A stretch of 64,000 nucleotides of DNA from an uncultured Acidimicrobiaceae bacterium (GTDB taxonomy: Bacteria > Actinomycetota > Acidimicrobiia > Acidimicrobiales > RAAP-2): assembly GCA_963791995.1 (NCBI GenBank), contig CAWBUQ010000016.1, forward strand, positions 39,535 through 103,534. The letters are read 5' to 3'. Numbering within the stretch: position 1 is the stretch's first letter; every line of letters begins with the position of its first letter. The notes below the pieces were generated by a model, which was not told the DNA's origin, did not search any database, and worked only from the letters and a program-made list of their open reading frames with translations. Both the position numbers and the translations under genes were made by a program. This document shows positions 1 to 13,892 of the stretch, piece by piece.

Positions 1-1241
<1,241 letters not shown>

Positions 1242-1447
1242 GGGCGTCCTTTTGTAATGCCGTAATGGAAAACAACCTCTGACTGGTCAACCATATGGGT
1301 GCGGGGCTGATTCCCGTTCAGGGTCCCCGGCCCCCGGACGAGGCCCGGCGGCCGGGCGGGGCAGCCATGACCTGGGAGTTTGCGTGGCCGACGGAGGGAC
1401 GCGGGGGCGGGGCTGCCGCGACGGGGCCGGGCTGTCTACGCTGGCGG

Positions 1448-1774
1448 GATGGGTGTGAAGGCCAGCACCGAGGGAGCGCCCGAGCCAGGAGCGGCGGGAT
1501 CGACGACGCTGGCGCCGGCCCGGCCCAGCCCGACCTCGATGACGGCGACCACGACCGCATGGCCCACATCGTGCTGGAGGGCTACACGCCCAAGGAGGGC
1601 GACGAGTTCGTCTCGACCGGGCCGAGCGTGGTCGAGGGCATCGTGACGGGAACGGCGGTGCGGGCCCTGTGCGGCAAGGAGTGGGTGCCTGGACGCAATC
1701 CCTCGCGCTACGGCCTGTGCCCCACCTGCAAGGAGATCGCCGAGGGAATGGGGTGGAAGATCCCGACCTCGTGA
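1448..1774 (+). CDS. DUF3039-family small protein (start uncertain, probably one frameshift near the N-terminus)
   Basis: C-terminal DDGDHDRMAHIV..VRALCGKEWVPGRNPSRYGLCPTCKEI matches the DUF3039 pattern as I remember it. The conserved core is 1556-1774. The N-terminus is in another frame. Confidence 0.6.
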   Translation, partial: DGCEGQHRGSARARSGGIDDAGAGPAQPDLDDGDHDRMAHIVLEGYTPKEGDEFVSTGPSVVEGIVTGTAVRALCGKEWVPGRNPSRYGLCPTCKEIAEGMGWKIPTS

Positions 1775-1984
1775 ATGGGCCACGCGCCGGCGTGCGGCGG
1801 CCGATGCACCTGAACCGGGGCTGAGCCCGAGCAGGCGCCCCGAGCACGCGTCCCAGATGGAGTGGGCGGCGGCGTGGCGCCCCGCTACCGTGCGGCCCAT
1901 CGCCTGTCGGCGCAGCGACGCCGGCGGGCGGCGCAACGATTGAGCGAGGCCTGCGCCCGGCGCCGGCCGATCGAAGGGAGCACG

Positions 1985-3118
<1,134 letters not shown>

Positions 3119-3140
<22 letters not shown>

Positions 3141-4051
3141 GCGGCCGCGGCCACGCCGCCCCGCTGGGTCCAGAGGCGGCGGCAGCGGCGGCAGCGGGAG
3201 GCCACGGCCTGCGACAGCGCCCTCACGGCGCAAGGAGGCCGGCGCTGGCCTATCTCCTGCTCCTCCCGGCCATGGTGCTCTTCGGCGTCTTCTCCTTCTA
3301 TCCCTTCTTCCGCAACTTCAAGCTGATGCTGTACCAGACGCCCCCGGTGCCCGGGCTCCCGTCGCACTACGTCGGGCTGCACCAGATCATGCCCGACCAT
3401 CACCTCGACGCAGTTCACCCAGAGCCTGGTGACGACCCTCATCTTCGTCGTGCTGGTGGTCCCGATCTCGCTCATCGCGGGCCTCGCGCTGGCCGTGGCC
3501 GCGCACCGCAAGCTCAAGGGCATGAGCGTCTACCGGATGATCTTCTCCTCCACGGTGGTGAGCTCGGTCGCCGTGGCCTCGGTCGTCTTCGGCACCCTGC
3601 TCAATCCCGTGGTCGGCCTCCTGCCCTGGCTCGGCATCAACCCGACCCCGCCCGCGCTCGAGAGCTCGACGTGGGCCCTGCCCGCGGTGGCGCTGATCAC
3701 CGATCTGGCAGTTCCTCGGACTGTCCTTCATCATCATGTCGGCCGGTCTGTCCGTCGGTACCCGACGAACTGCTCGAGGCGGCGCGCATCGACGGCGCCG
3801 GCGCCTGGACGCGGTTCTGGCGCATGACGGTGCCGCTGCTCTCCCCCACCATCTTCTTCGCCGTGGTGGTGAGCACCATCTACGCCTTCCAGGCCTTCGG
3901 CGCCATCGACATCCTCATCGGTGACACCAACGCCGTGCGCCTGCACACCAACGTGCTCATCTACAACATCGTCACCACGCTGCAGATCGAGAACAACCCC
4001 GGCGCGGCCGCCATCATGGCGACGGTCCTCTTCCTCATCATGCTGGGCTGA
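3119..4051 (+). CDS. Sugar ABC transporter permease (MalF/UgpA-like), frameshifted as assembled
   Basis: LAYLLLLPAMVLFGVFSFYPF.., EAA-loop region ..DELLEAARIDGAGAWTRFWRMTVPLL.. Fragments lie in ORFs 2909-4051 and 3429-3827. Confidence 0.8.
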
Positions 4052-4090
4052 CCCTGCTGCAGATGCGCTTCTTCGAACGGCGGGTGAGCT

Positions 4091-5004
4091 ATGCCCGCTG
4101 AGGCCGCCGCCGTGCATGGCGACGAGGCAGGCCACGACCACGAGCGCCGTCGAGGACGTCAGCGACGCCGCGTACCACCGGCCGCGCGGCGGCTGCGCAC
4201 CATCGGCAGCTACGCGCTGCTGACCGCGGGGGCCATCATCGTGCTGTTCCCCATCTACGTGACGATCGTCAACTCGCTGCTCGTGCCCGACCAGCTGGTC
4301 CAGCAGACCGCCGCCCCTCTTCCCGACCGACCCGCAGTGGCACAACTACGTCACGGCCTGGACGTCGGGCTCCATGTCCAAGTACATGGCGACCTCGGCC
4401 ATCATGACCGTCGCCATCGTGGCGGGGCAGCTCGTGACGTCCATCCTGGCCGCCTACGCCTTCGCCTTCCTGCGCTTCCCCTTCAAGCGCACGCTGTTCG
4501 TCGTCTGCCTGGCCACGCTGATGATCCCGCTCGAGGTCACGTTCATCACCAACCTCGACACCGTCACGCACCTTGCACTGGTTCAACACCTACGAGGGAC
4601 TGGCCGTCCCCTTCCTGGCCACCGGCTTCGGCATCTTCCTGCTGCGCCAGGCGTTCCTGCAGATCCCGCGCGACCTCCAGGAGGCGGCCCAGCTCGACGG
4701 CTACGGGCATCTGCGCTTCATGACCCGGGTGGCGGTGCCCCTGGCCCGCCCGTCGCTGGCCGCCCTCGGCGTGTTCTCCTTCCTCGCCGCCTGGAACCAG
4801 TACCTGTGGCCCCTCGTCTCGACCGGCGGCCAGGCGCCGCTCAACACGGTCCAGATCGGCCTCAAGCAACTCCTCGGGACCCAGGTCTCGCAGATCCCCG
4901 TCTCGCTCGCCGGTGCGGTCATCGCGTTCGTGCCGCTGGTGATCCTGCTCCTGGTCTTCCAGAAGCAGCTGGTGCGCAGCCTGACCGCCGGCGCGGTCAA
5001 GTAG
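4091..5004 (+). CDS. Sugar ABC transporter permease (MalG/UgpE-like), frameshifted as assembled
   Basis: ..LLTAGAIIVLFPIYVTIVNSL.., ..LQEAAQLDGYGHLRFMTRVAVPLARPSL.. Fragments lie in ORFs 4091-4723, 4374-.. and 4573-5004. Confidence 0.8.
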
Positions 5005-5084
5005 GCGCCGTCGAGGTCACGCGCCCGCACGAGCGGGCCGGGGCGGTGCGCGGCGGCGGCGTGCCGGGTGCTAGGCAATGGAGC

Positions 5085-6493
5085 ATGCGGACCACTCGCT
5101 TCACCCGACTCGTCGCCGCGGCCTCTGGTCGTGACCTCGGCCAGCGACCGCCACCGCGGCCGCGGTGGCCACGGCCGGCGCACCGGCGGCCGGCGCCGCC
5201 AGCCTCCCGAGCTGCAACCTCAAGGCGCTGCCGAGCCACAAGGGCGTGGTGAAGATCACCTTCTGGAACTCCATGGTGCAGGCGAACGGGCAGACGCTGG
5301 CCGCCATCACCAACGCCTTCAACTCGTCGCAGACCAAGGTGCACGTGACGCTGGTCAACCAGGCCAGCTACGACGACACCTGGCAGAAGTACGAGGCCGG
5401 CCTGACCAACGGGCAGCTGCCCGACGCCGTGCAGCTCGAGGACCAGCGCACCCAGGCCGCCATCGACACCCAGTCGTTCCTGCCCGTGCAGTCGTGCATG
5501 AACGCGGCCAAGTACTCGACCAGCGACTACCTGGCCCGGCCGCTCAACTACTGGAAGGTGAACGGCGTCGCAGTGGGCCCTCCCCTTCGCCGTCTCGGCG
5601 CCGATCGTCTATTACAACGAGAACGCCTTCACCAAGGCCGGCCTCAACCCGACCGACCCGCCGGCCACGCTCCCCCAGATGGTGAGCGACGCCAAGGCGC
5701 TCAAGGCCTCGGGCAGCGGCATGGGGCTCGTCCTCGACCCGTGGCACCTCGAGACCTGGCTGGCCTCGGCCAACACGCTCTTCGTGAACAACAAGAACGG
5801 CCGCAAGAGCCGGGCCACCAAGGGCGTGTTCAACAACAAGACGTCCGTGTCGATCTTCAGCCAGCTCAGCCAGCTCGTGCGCTCGGGCGACGCCACGACC
5901 AACCCGTCGCACGGGCCCGGACGAGTACGACAACCTGCTCGGCATCGGAAGCGGCAAGTACGGCATGACGATCGAGACGTCGGCCGCGCTGGGCACGGTG
6001 ACCAAGCTGCTGGCGGGCGGCCAGTACGCCAACGTGAAGCTGGGCATCGGGCCGTTCCCGGTCTACAGCTCTTCGGTCAAGGGCGGGATCGAGCCGGGCG
6101 GCTCCGGGCGTGTACATCTCGAACAAGGTGCCCGCCATCGAGCAGGCCGCCGCCTGGACGTACCTCTCCTACATCTGCAACACCCAGAGCCAGGCCACCT
6201 GGGCCGCCGGCACCGGCTACATCCCGGTGCGCAAGTCCTCGGCGCAGACGGCGACGGTGCAGCACCTCTGGACCACCGACCCGGGCTACAAGGTGGCCTA
6301 CAACGAGATCAACAACGGCGCGAACGACCCCGCGACCCAGGGCTCGGTCATCGGCCCCTACGCCGACGTGCGCACCGACGTGGTGAACGCCGAGATCTCC
6401 ATGTACACCCAGGGCGTGTCGCCGTCCAAGGCGGTGTCGACGGCGCAGAACAACGTCAACCAGACGCTCTCGAACTACAACAGCCGGCTCTGA
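5085..6493 (+). CDS. Sugar ABC transporter substrate-binding lipoprotein (family 1 SBP), about 5 frameshifts as assembled
   Basis: MRTTRFTRLVAAAS.. signal with a possible lipobox (SLPSC), then KITFWNSMVQANGQTL.. to ..NNVNQTLSNYNSRL*. Pieces lie in ORFs 5165-, 5679-, 5965- and 6110-6493. Confidence 0.8.
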
Positions 6494-6496
6494 GCG

Positions 6497-6553
6497 GGCG
6501 AGGGCCGGCTCCTTGGCCGGCTCCTCGGCCGGCTCCCCGGCCGGCCCTCGCCG
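6497..6553 (+). repeat. 12-bp tandem repeat (GGCCGGCTCCNN, about 3.5 copies) enclosed by a 13-bp inverted repeat. Possible terminator or REP-like element.
   Basis: ggcgagggccggc (about 6498-6510) pairs with gccggccctcgcc (about 6541-6553). Between them: ggccggctcctt ggccggctcctc ggccggctcccc ggccgg. It lies directly after the SBP stop at 6493. Confidence 0.45.
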
Positions 6554-6716
6554 GCCTCGCACACGGCCACGCCTGAGCAGGCGGCGCGACGTGCGGCCCG
6601 CAAGGGCCGAAAGTCACACCACCCGGGGATACCGCCATTGCCGGCGACGCGGTTGGGTACGATCGCTACACGGGCTTGGTCCTTACCGTGCCGGTCGGGG
6701 CACGACGTGGAGGGAA

Positions 6717-7753
6717 ATGGCATTGGCGATGGATGACCTGAACGGTACTGGCAGCGTCACCGCGTCATGTTCGAGCACGCGACCGAGGGCATGCTCTTCG
6801 CGGCCCCCGACGGGCACGATCACGGCGGCCAACCCTGCGGCCTGCGCCATGCTCGCCATGACGGACGAGGAGCATCTGCCTGCCTCGGCTGTGACGGCCT
6901 GATCGACCAGGAGGACCCGCGCTGGCAGATCGCCGTGGCCGAGCGGGACCGCAGCGGGTCCGCGGTGGCGCTGAGCCGGCTTCGTCGCGGGCGACGGCCG
7001 CTACGTCGAGCTCGAGACCACGACGCGGCTCTTCGTCAGCGGCGGACGGCGATCGTCCTGCGTCTTCAACATGCTGCGCGACGTCAGCAGCCGCATCGAG
7101 ATCGAGCGCGAGATGGAGGAGGTCAGCGCCCGCCTGCTGGCGATCTCCCGCACCGACGAGCTGACCGGCTTCCAGAACCGGCGCGGGCTCGCTGGCCGCC
7201 GGGACGAAGTTGCTCCAGATCGCCGACAGCCAGTCGAGCCGACGTCGACGCGCTCTTCGTCGACGTCGGGCAACGTCAAGGAGCTCAACGACACGCTCGG
7301 CCATCAGGCCGGCGACGCCGCGCTCCAGGCCGTCGCCCGCGCGCTCGCCGTGGCCTTCCGCAAGGTGGACGTGCTCGCCCGCATCGGGGGCACGACGTTC
7401 CTGGCGCTGGCGCCCAATCTCGGTGAGACCGAGCGCGACGTCGTGACCGGCCGCATCCTCGAGCACCTGGCGGCGCCCGGCACGACCGAGTTCGTCGGCG
7501 CCCCGATCGAGCGTGTCCTTCGGGTGGACCACCCGTCCGGCCGGGGACCGCTGTCACGCTCGAGGAGCTGGTGGCCCGCTCCGACCGGGCCATGCTCGAG
7601 GCCCGCGACGCCCGGCGGGCGGCTGTCGCGGCCCACTTCTCCGGCTTCTCCGGCCACGCCGCCGCGGCTGAGCTCGCCCACCCGGCGACCCGCCGTCGGA
7701 GGCCCTTTGCGCAGGTCAGCCCCGTCTGCGACCCTCTGGGATCCTATTCCTGA
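6717..7753 (+). CDS. PAS-GGDEF domain protein with degenerate GGTTF active-site motif, frameshifted as assembled
   Basis: GGAGG 5 nt before ATG 6717. PAS-like FEHATEGMLFAAPDG..; GGDEF domain LFVDVGNVKELNDTLGHQAGD..FRKVDVLARIGGTTFLAL. Confidence 0.75.
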
Positions 7754-7798
7754 CTAATTCGACTGGATTTAGCAATCCGCGTGTATTAGGTTAGCCGG

Positions 7799-8844
7799 AT
7801 GCACCGAACGAACACTCACCTCTCCGCGCCCCGGCGCACCCGCGCACGTGCGCTCCGGTCGCCGCGTCGTCGCCGTCGGGACCGTGACGCTGGCCGGCCT
7901 GGCCTTCAGCGCCCTGCCCGCCGGCGCCTCAGGGCGGCACCGTCAGCCTGGTCGCCTACTCGACGCCCAAGCCGGCCTACACCGTGCTGGCCGCCGACTT
8001 CGCCAAGACCAAGGCCGGGGCGGGCGTGACCGTCTCGCCCTCCTTCGGGCCCTCGGGCACCCAGGCCACCTCGGTGGTCGACGGGCTGCCGGCCGACGTC
8101 GTCAACTTCTCGCTCGAGCCCGACATGGGCAAGGTCGTCAAGGCCGGCCTGGTCTCGAGCAGCTGGGCCACGAGACGCCGACCAAGGGCATGGTCACCGA
8201 CTCCATCGTGTCCTTCGTCGTGCGCCCCGGGAACCCCAAGCACATCACCACCTGGGCCGACCTGGTGAAGTCCGGCGTGTGCGGTCGTCACGCCCAACGT
8301 GTTCAGCTCGGGCAGCGCGAAGTGGAACATCATGGCGGCCTACGGGGCCGAGCTGAAGCAGGGCAAGACACCCGCCCAGGCGCAGGCCTACCTGGCCAAG
8401 CTGCTGCACCACACGGTCGCCCAGCCGACCAGCGCCAGCGCCGCCCTGCAGACGTTCCTCTCGGGCCAGGGCGACGTCCTGCTCGACTACGAGGACGACG
8501 CGCTCTACGCCAAGAAGCAGGGTGAGGCGGTCCAGGTCGTCACGCCACCGCAGACGATCCTGATCCAGAACCCGATCGCGGTGACCAAGACCGCCAGCCC
8601 GGCGGCCAAGGCGTTCGTCTCCTACCTGCTCTCCCCCGCCGGCCAGACGGTGTGGGGCCAGCAGGGCTACCGCCCGGTCCTGCCCTCGGTGGCGGCGAAG
8701 TTCAACTTCCCCAAGCCGAAGACCCTCTTCACCATCGACAGCCTGGGCGGCTGGACGGCGGTGAACACGAAGTTCTTCGACCCCGAGACTGGCATCGTGG
8801 CCAAGGTCGAGCAGTCGCTTGGCGTCTCCACGTCGAGCGGGTAG
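7799..8844 (+). CDS. Sulfate/thiosulfate ABC transporter substrate-binding protein, frameshifted as assembled
   Basis: ..VSLVAYSTPKPAYTVLAADFAKTKAGAGVTV..SFGPSG.., ..SGSAKWNIMAAYGAE.., ..IQNPIAVTKTASPAAKAFVSYLLSPAGQ.. Alternative GTG start at 7848. Confidence 0.8.
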
Positions 8845-8871
8845 CGGGTCCGAACGGACTCGGTGGGCAGC

Positions 8872-9784
8872 GTGAGCGCATCGGTCGCCGACCTGGGTCT
8901 CCCGGGCGGCGAGCCACGTCCGCGCCCACGGCCGGCCGGGCCGGCGGCGGGGGTGCGCCGTCCCCCCTCGGCGCGCCCCCCGCCCTGACGCGGCGGGCGC
9001 CGTCGCCACCGCGGCGGCCCGGCGCTGGCCGTCACCTACCTGTCGCTGCTCGTCCTCCTGCCGCTCGCCGCCCTCCTCACCAACGCCTTCAGCAGCGGCT
9101 GGAGCGCCTTCTGGACCGCGGTCACCCACCCGAGGCGGTGGCCGCCCTCGAACTGACGCTGGCCGTGTCGGCCATCGTGGCGGTCGTCAACTCCATTGCC
9201 GGCCTGGCCATCGCCTTCGTGCTCGTGCGCGACGACTTCCGGGGCAAGGCGCTGGTCGAGCGCCGTCATCGACCTGCCCTTCGCGCTGCCGACCATCGTG
9301 GCCGGCCTCACCCTGCTCGCGCTCTACGGCGTCGAACAGTCCGTTCCACGTCAACCTGGCCGGCACCCAGCTCGGCATCGGCGCCGCGTTGCTCTTCGTG
9401 ACCCTGCCCTTCTGCGTCCGCAGCGTCCAACCGGTGCTGGCCGAGCTCGACGCGGAGATCGAGGAGGCCGCCGCCTCCCTCGGCGCCAGCCCGCGCCAGG
9501 TGCTCTGCGCCGGGTCGTGCTGCCGAGCATCCTCCCCGCGGTCCTCGCCGGCGCCGGCCTGGCCTTCGCCCGTGCCGTGGGCGAGTTCGGCTCGGTCGTG
9601 CTGATCTCGGGCAACCTGCCCTTCAAGACCGAGGTCGCGTCCTCCTAGATCTACAGCCTCTTCCAGAGCGGCGACCTCCCGGCGGCGAGCGCCGTCTCCG
9701 TCGTGCTGGTCGCCATCTCGCTGCTCGTGCTCCTCGGCATCGGCTGGGCCCGCCGCCGCTTCGACATCTCCGGAGTCGGTGTGA
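8872..9784 (+). CDS. cysT: Sulfate ABC transporter permease CysT (several frameshifts and an in-frame TAG at 9646-9648). Both ends approximate.
   Basis: ..[19 protein letters not shown].., ..[21 protein letters not shown].., ..[13 protein letters not shown].., ..[32 protein letters not shown].. Confidence 0.65.
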
Positions 9785-10604
9785 AGCGCTCCCGCTGGCG
9801 CCTGCCGCTGCGCTACGCCGTGCTCGTCTACCTGGCCCTGCTGGTCGTCCTGCCCGTCGGGACGGTGTTCTACCGCGCCTTCCAGCACGGGCTCGGCACG
9901 GCGTGGGATGCGCTCACCGCGCCGGACGCCCTGCACGCGCTGTGGCTCACGCTGCTCGTCGCCGCTCATCGCCGTCCCGCTCAACACCGCCTTCGGCGTC
10001 GGGGTCTCGCTCATCCTGGCCCGCCACCGCTTCCCCGGCGCCTGGCTGCTCGACGCGCTCGTCGACATCCCCCTCGCCATCTCGCCCGTCGTCATCGGGC
10101 TCGGGTCTGATCCTCGTCTACGGCAAGACGGGCTGGTTCGGCAACTGGCTGGCCGCCCGGGGCATCACGGTCATCTTCTCGTTGCCCGGCATCATCATGG
10201 CCTCGGCCGCGGTGTCGCTCCCCTACGTGGTGCGCGAGGTGCTGCCGGTGCTCCAGGAGATCGGCACCGAGCAGGAGCAGGCGGCGCGCACGCTCGGCGC
10301 CCGGCCGCTGGCCGTGTTCTGCCGCATCACCCTCCCCAACATCCGCCGCGGCCTGGCCTACGGGATCACGCTGACCACCGCCCGGGTCCTCGGCGAGTTC
10401 GGCGCGGTGGCCATCGTCTCGGGCGACATCGCCGGCAAGACCCAGACGCTGACCCTGTTCATCTCCAACAGCATCGAGAACCTCGAGCCCGAGAGCGCCT
10501 ACGTCGGCGCGGTGGCCCTGTGCGTCGCCGCCCTCCTGGTGCTCACGATGCTGACCGTGACCGACCGCCGACGGGCCGACTGGCACACCAGGGCCACGCC
10601 GTGA
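9781..10604 (+). CDS. cysW: Sulfate ABC transporter permease CysW (2 frameshifts as assembled)
   Basis: GTG 9781. ..[14 protein letters not shown].., ..[50 protein letters not shown].. Stop 10602-10604 overlaps the cysA start (GTGA). Confidence 0.8.
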
Positions 10605-11665
10605 GCATCCGCGTCGAAGGCATCACCAAGCACTTCGGGGACGCGGTCGCGCTCGACGACGTCTCGCTCGAGGTGGAGTCCGGCTCGCTCACCGCCCTGC
10701 TCGGGCCGAGCGGCGGCGGCAAGTCGACCTTGCTGCGCATCATCGCCGGGCTCGACACGCCCGATACCGGCACGGTGCGCATCGAAGGCGAGGACCTGAC
10801 CGGCACGCCGGCGCGCAGTCGCGGCGTGGGCTTCTGCTTCCAGCACTACGCGCCGTTCCGCCATCTGACGGTGCGCCGCAACGTGGCCTTCGGCCTCGAG
10901 ATCCGGCGGCGGCCCAAGGCCGAGATCAAGGCCCGGGTCGACGAGCTGCTCGAGCTGGTCGGGCTGGCGCATCTCGGCGACCGCTACCCCTCACAGCTCT
11001 CGGGCGGCCAGCGCCAGCGCATGGCGCTGGCCCGAGCGCTGGCCATCGAGCCCAAGGTGCTCCTGCTCGACGAGCCCTTCGGCGCGCTCGACGCACAGGT
11101 GCGCACGCAGCTGCGCCAGTGGCTGCGCGACCTGCACGACACGCTGCACGTGACGACGGTGTTGGTGACCCACGACCAGGAGGAGGCCATGGAGGTGGCC
11201 GACCGGCTGGCGATCATCAATCACGGCCGCCTCGAGCAGGTGGGCACGCCCGCCGACATGTACGACCACCCGGCCAACGAGTTCGTGCTGACCTTCCTCG
11301 GCCCGGCGACGCGACTCGGCGGGCAGTGGGTGCGCCCGCACGACCTGGCACTGCATCGCGACGAGGGCGGCCGGCCCGAGCCCGGCGCCGTGCCCGGCAC
11401 GATCACGCGGGTGACGCATCTCGGTTTCGAGGTCAAGGTCGACGTCGCCCTCGACGACGGTGCGTGCTGGGTGCAGCTCAGCCGCGGCACGGCGGCCGAC
11501 CTGGGCCTCGCAGCGGGCCAGCGGGTCTGGGTGGTGCGGACCGACACGCCGGCGCCCGCGGAGGCGGCAGAGGCGCCGGCAGGAGAACTCGAAGTCCTGG
11601 CGACCCCGGCGCCGGTCGACGGCGGACGCGTGACGTCGGGCGCGGCGGGGTCCGGGTCCGCCTGA
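10601..11665 (+). CDS. cysA: Sulfate ABC transporter ATP-binding protein CysA (intact)
   Basis: [14 protein letters not shown].., Walker [10 protein letters not shown], signature [14 protein letters not shown], Walker [13 protein letters not shown]-terminal TOBE-like domain. Confidence 0.9.
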   Translation: MSIRVEGITKHFGDAVALDDVSLEVESGSLTALLGPSGGGKSTLLRIIAGLDTPDTGTVRIEGEDLTGTPARSRGVGFCFQHYAPFRHLTVRRNVAFGLEIRRRPKAEIKARVDELLELVGLAHLGDRYPSQLSGGQRQRMALARALAIEPKVLLLDEPFGALDAQVRTQLRQWLRDLHDTLHVTTVLVTHDQEEAMEVADRLAIINHGRLEQVGTPADMYDHPANEFVLTFLGPATRLGGQWVRPHDLALHRDEGGRPEPGAVPGTITRVTHLGFEVKVDVALDDGACWVQLSRGTAADLGLAAGQRVWVVRTDTPAPAEAAEAPAGELEVLATPAPVDGGRVTSGAAGSGSA

Positions 11666-11675
11666 GCCCTCGGGC

Positions 11676-13790
11676 TCAGCCCGTCTGGGGGTGCGTCGGC
11701 GTCGAGCCGTCCGCGTTCACGATGTCGAAGCCGTCGGGGATGGTGAGCTGCCCCGGACCCGTGCCCGCCACGTCGGGCGTGCCGTACTGCCAGACCAGGG
11801 CCTGGGTCGTGGGATCGATGGCCGCCATGCGGTTGCGGTAGTCGTCGTTGGCCATGAAGACGCCGCTCGGGAGGCGCTCGACGAGCGAGGGCTGGTTGAG
11901 CCGGTTGATGCCGCGTCGGGGCCCGGTACTGGTAGAGGATCTGGCCCGCCCGGTTGAACTCGACGATCCCGCCCGGGTTCTCGTAGTCCGCACACAGGTA
12001 GAGGTCAGGCCCGAGCTGCTGGGGGTCAGACGGGTAGCCGATGGCGAGGTGGGTCGTCCACACCAGCGAGCCGGTCGGCGTGTACTCGCTGATGTAGGAG
12101 CCGCTGGTCTCGGACACCAAGAAGTTCCCGTCGGCGAGCGGCGTGTCGCCGTTGGGGCCGCCGATGGATGTCGGCGGGTTGTGCACGCACGACCCCGTCG
12201 TCCCGATCTGGTGCACGATCGACCCGCCCGGGCTGATGACGAGGATCCGGCAGTTGTCGGCGTCGGCCACCGTCACGTCGCCGTTCTTCAACAGGTAGGC
12301 GTCGTCGGGCTCGTGGAGGTACCCGGGTGACGAACCAGGCTGGCCGGCGTGCCCGTAGCTCCACAGCAGCTTGCCGCTCGGGTAGCGCGATCTTGACGAT
12401 GGTCTCGTTCTCCTCCTGGTTCGAGATGATGGCGGTGCCGTGGTCGACGAAGAAGGCGTCGTCGGGGAAGTAGAAGCCACCGGGTCCCGGCGGCGGCGGC
12501 ATGGACGGCGGGTTCGGATACGTCCATACGACGGTGCCGGTGTCGTCGAGCGAGCAGCAGCCGGTTGTTGCCGCGGTCGGCGATGAGCAGCTTCTCACCG
12601 AAGTACGGCGAACCCGCGCCCGGCGCACCCGCGGTGCCGAACGTGATGTTGGGCGGCAGCATCTGCACCGACGCCGCCGGCGTGGCGCCGCTCTCGCCGC
12701 CGAGCGAGCCAGGCCGTGTCCCCCACGACGGCGATGGCCGCGTTGGAGACCGGTGCCAGCAGGTGCCCGGCCACCAGCATCCGGTCCGAGTGCGGGTCGA
12801 AGGCGTAGATGGTGGCGCTGTCGGCCGACCCGCTGGTGCCGCCGGCGACGTAGATCACGCCACCGAGCGTCACGGCCGACGCCCCGAGCAGCGGCTGGGG
12901 CAGGTGGCCGATCAGCGTGATCCGTCCCGTAACGGTGTCGACCCGCTGGATCGCGTTGACCGCGCCCGCCCCCGCCGCCGACCTGCTCGCCGCCGAAGAC
13001 GTAGATGACCCGGCCGAGCGCGGCCACGGCCGGGTAGCGCACCGGCACCGGCAGCGCGCCGACGTCGCGGAACCTGCGCGCCGTCGGTCGTGGCGAGCAC
13101 CTCGGGGTCAGCGCGGGTCCCGTCGTACCCGCCGATCACGTAGGCCGTGCCCCCGATCGTGACCGCCGCGGCGTCCGAGCGCGGTTGCGGCAGCTGCCCC
13201 GCGACGCTCGCCGCCACGGACGCGCCGCCCGAGACCAGCGGTCCGAGGGGGAGGGACTGCACGGCGCCGACCGTCGTCGCCGCACCGCCGCCGAAGAGGA
13301 GCACGCGGCTGCCCACCACTGTGCCGGCCGCATCGTGGGTGGCCGTGACCAGGGAGCCGGCCGGTGCGGACGTGCCCCCCGGGACCCCGACGCTGACGAC
13401 GCTCGCGCTCGACGAGAGTGCGGATGTCAGCCCGCCCAGGGCGACGACCTTGCCCCCGCCGGGCGCAGCGACCGCCACCGCACGGCTCGTTGGTTGCGCC
13501 AACTGCCACGGGAGGAGGCCCGACTCGATCGCGGCCGCGGCCGCCGTCGCCGCGGGGGTATGCGCCGACGCCGTACGCGGGTGCCCCCGCGGGTCCGAGG
13601 TCGATGCGCCATTGGCGTCGTGGGCAGGGGGATGCCCGGCGGGAGAAGACCCGCGGCTCACGACGGCGACGACGACGCCGGCGACCACCACGATGGCGAG
13701 GCCCGCGGTGAGGACGCTGCGTCGGCGTCGCTGCTCCGTTCGGCTCCGGCGAGCGGACGTGGCCTGGCTCGGGCCGGGGGGAATGCTCAC
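11676..13790 (-). CDS. Membrane-anchored Kelch-repeat plus arylsulfotransferase-like beta-propeller protein, multiple frameshifts as assembled
   Basis: N-terminal TM VLTAGLAIVVVAGVVVAVV. Kelch-like GGKVVALGG / VLLFGGG / AYVIGGYDG / IYVFGGE / IYVAGGTSG. Then NNRLLLLDDTGTVVWTYP.., ..VSETSGSYISEYTPTGSLVWT.., ..AIDPTTQALVWQYG. Confidence 0.65.
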
Positions 13791-13892
13791 AGCAGAAGGA
13801 AACTCTGCTCGGGCGCCGGGTCTCCGGCAACCGCCTCAGGTCTAGTGCGACGACGCCTGCTCCATCCCAAGGTCGGATTGACCAGGCTGGAC

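Noticed and set aside
6503-6544. CRISPR-like repeats (also 61819-61858)
   Set aside because: The units are 9-12 bp with no spacers, and one set lies inside the era coding sequence. These are simple tandem repeats, not CRISPR.
7754-7798. Promoter or operator upstream of the sulfate-binding protein gene (ttcgac..tgtatt, with hairpin ggatt-tagc-aatcc)
   Set aside because: The hexamers and spacing are poor (18-20 nt, weak -35). This is too speculative to list as a feature.
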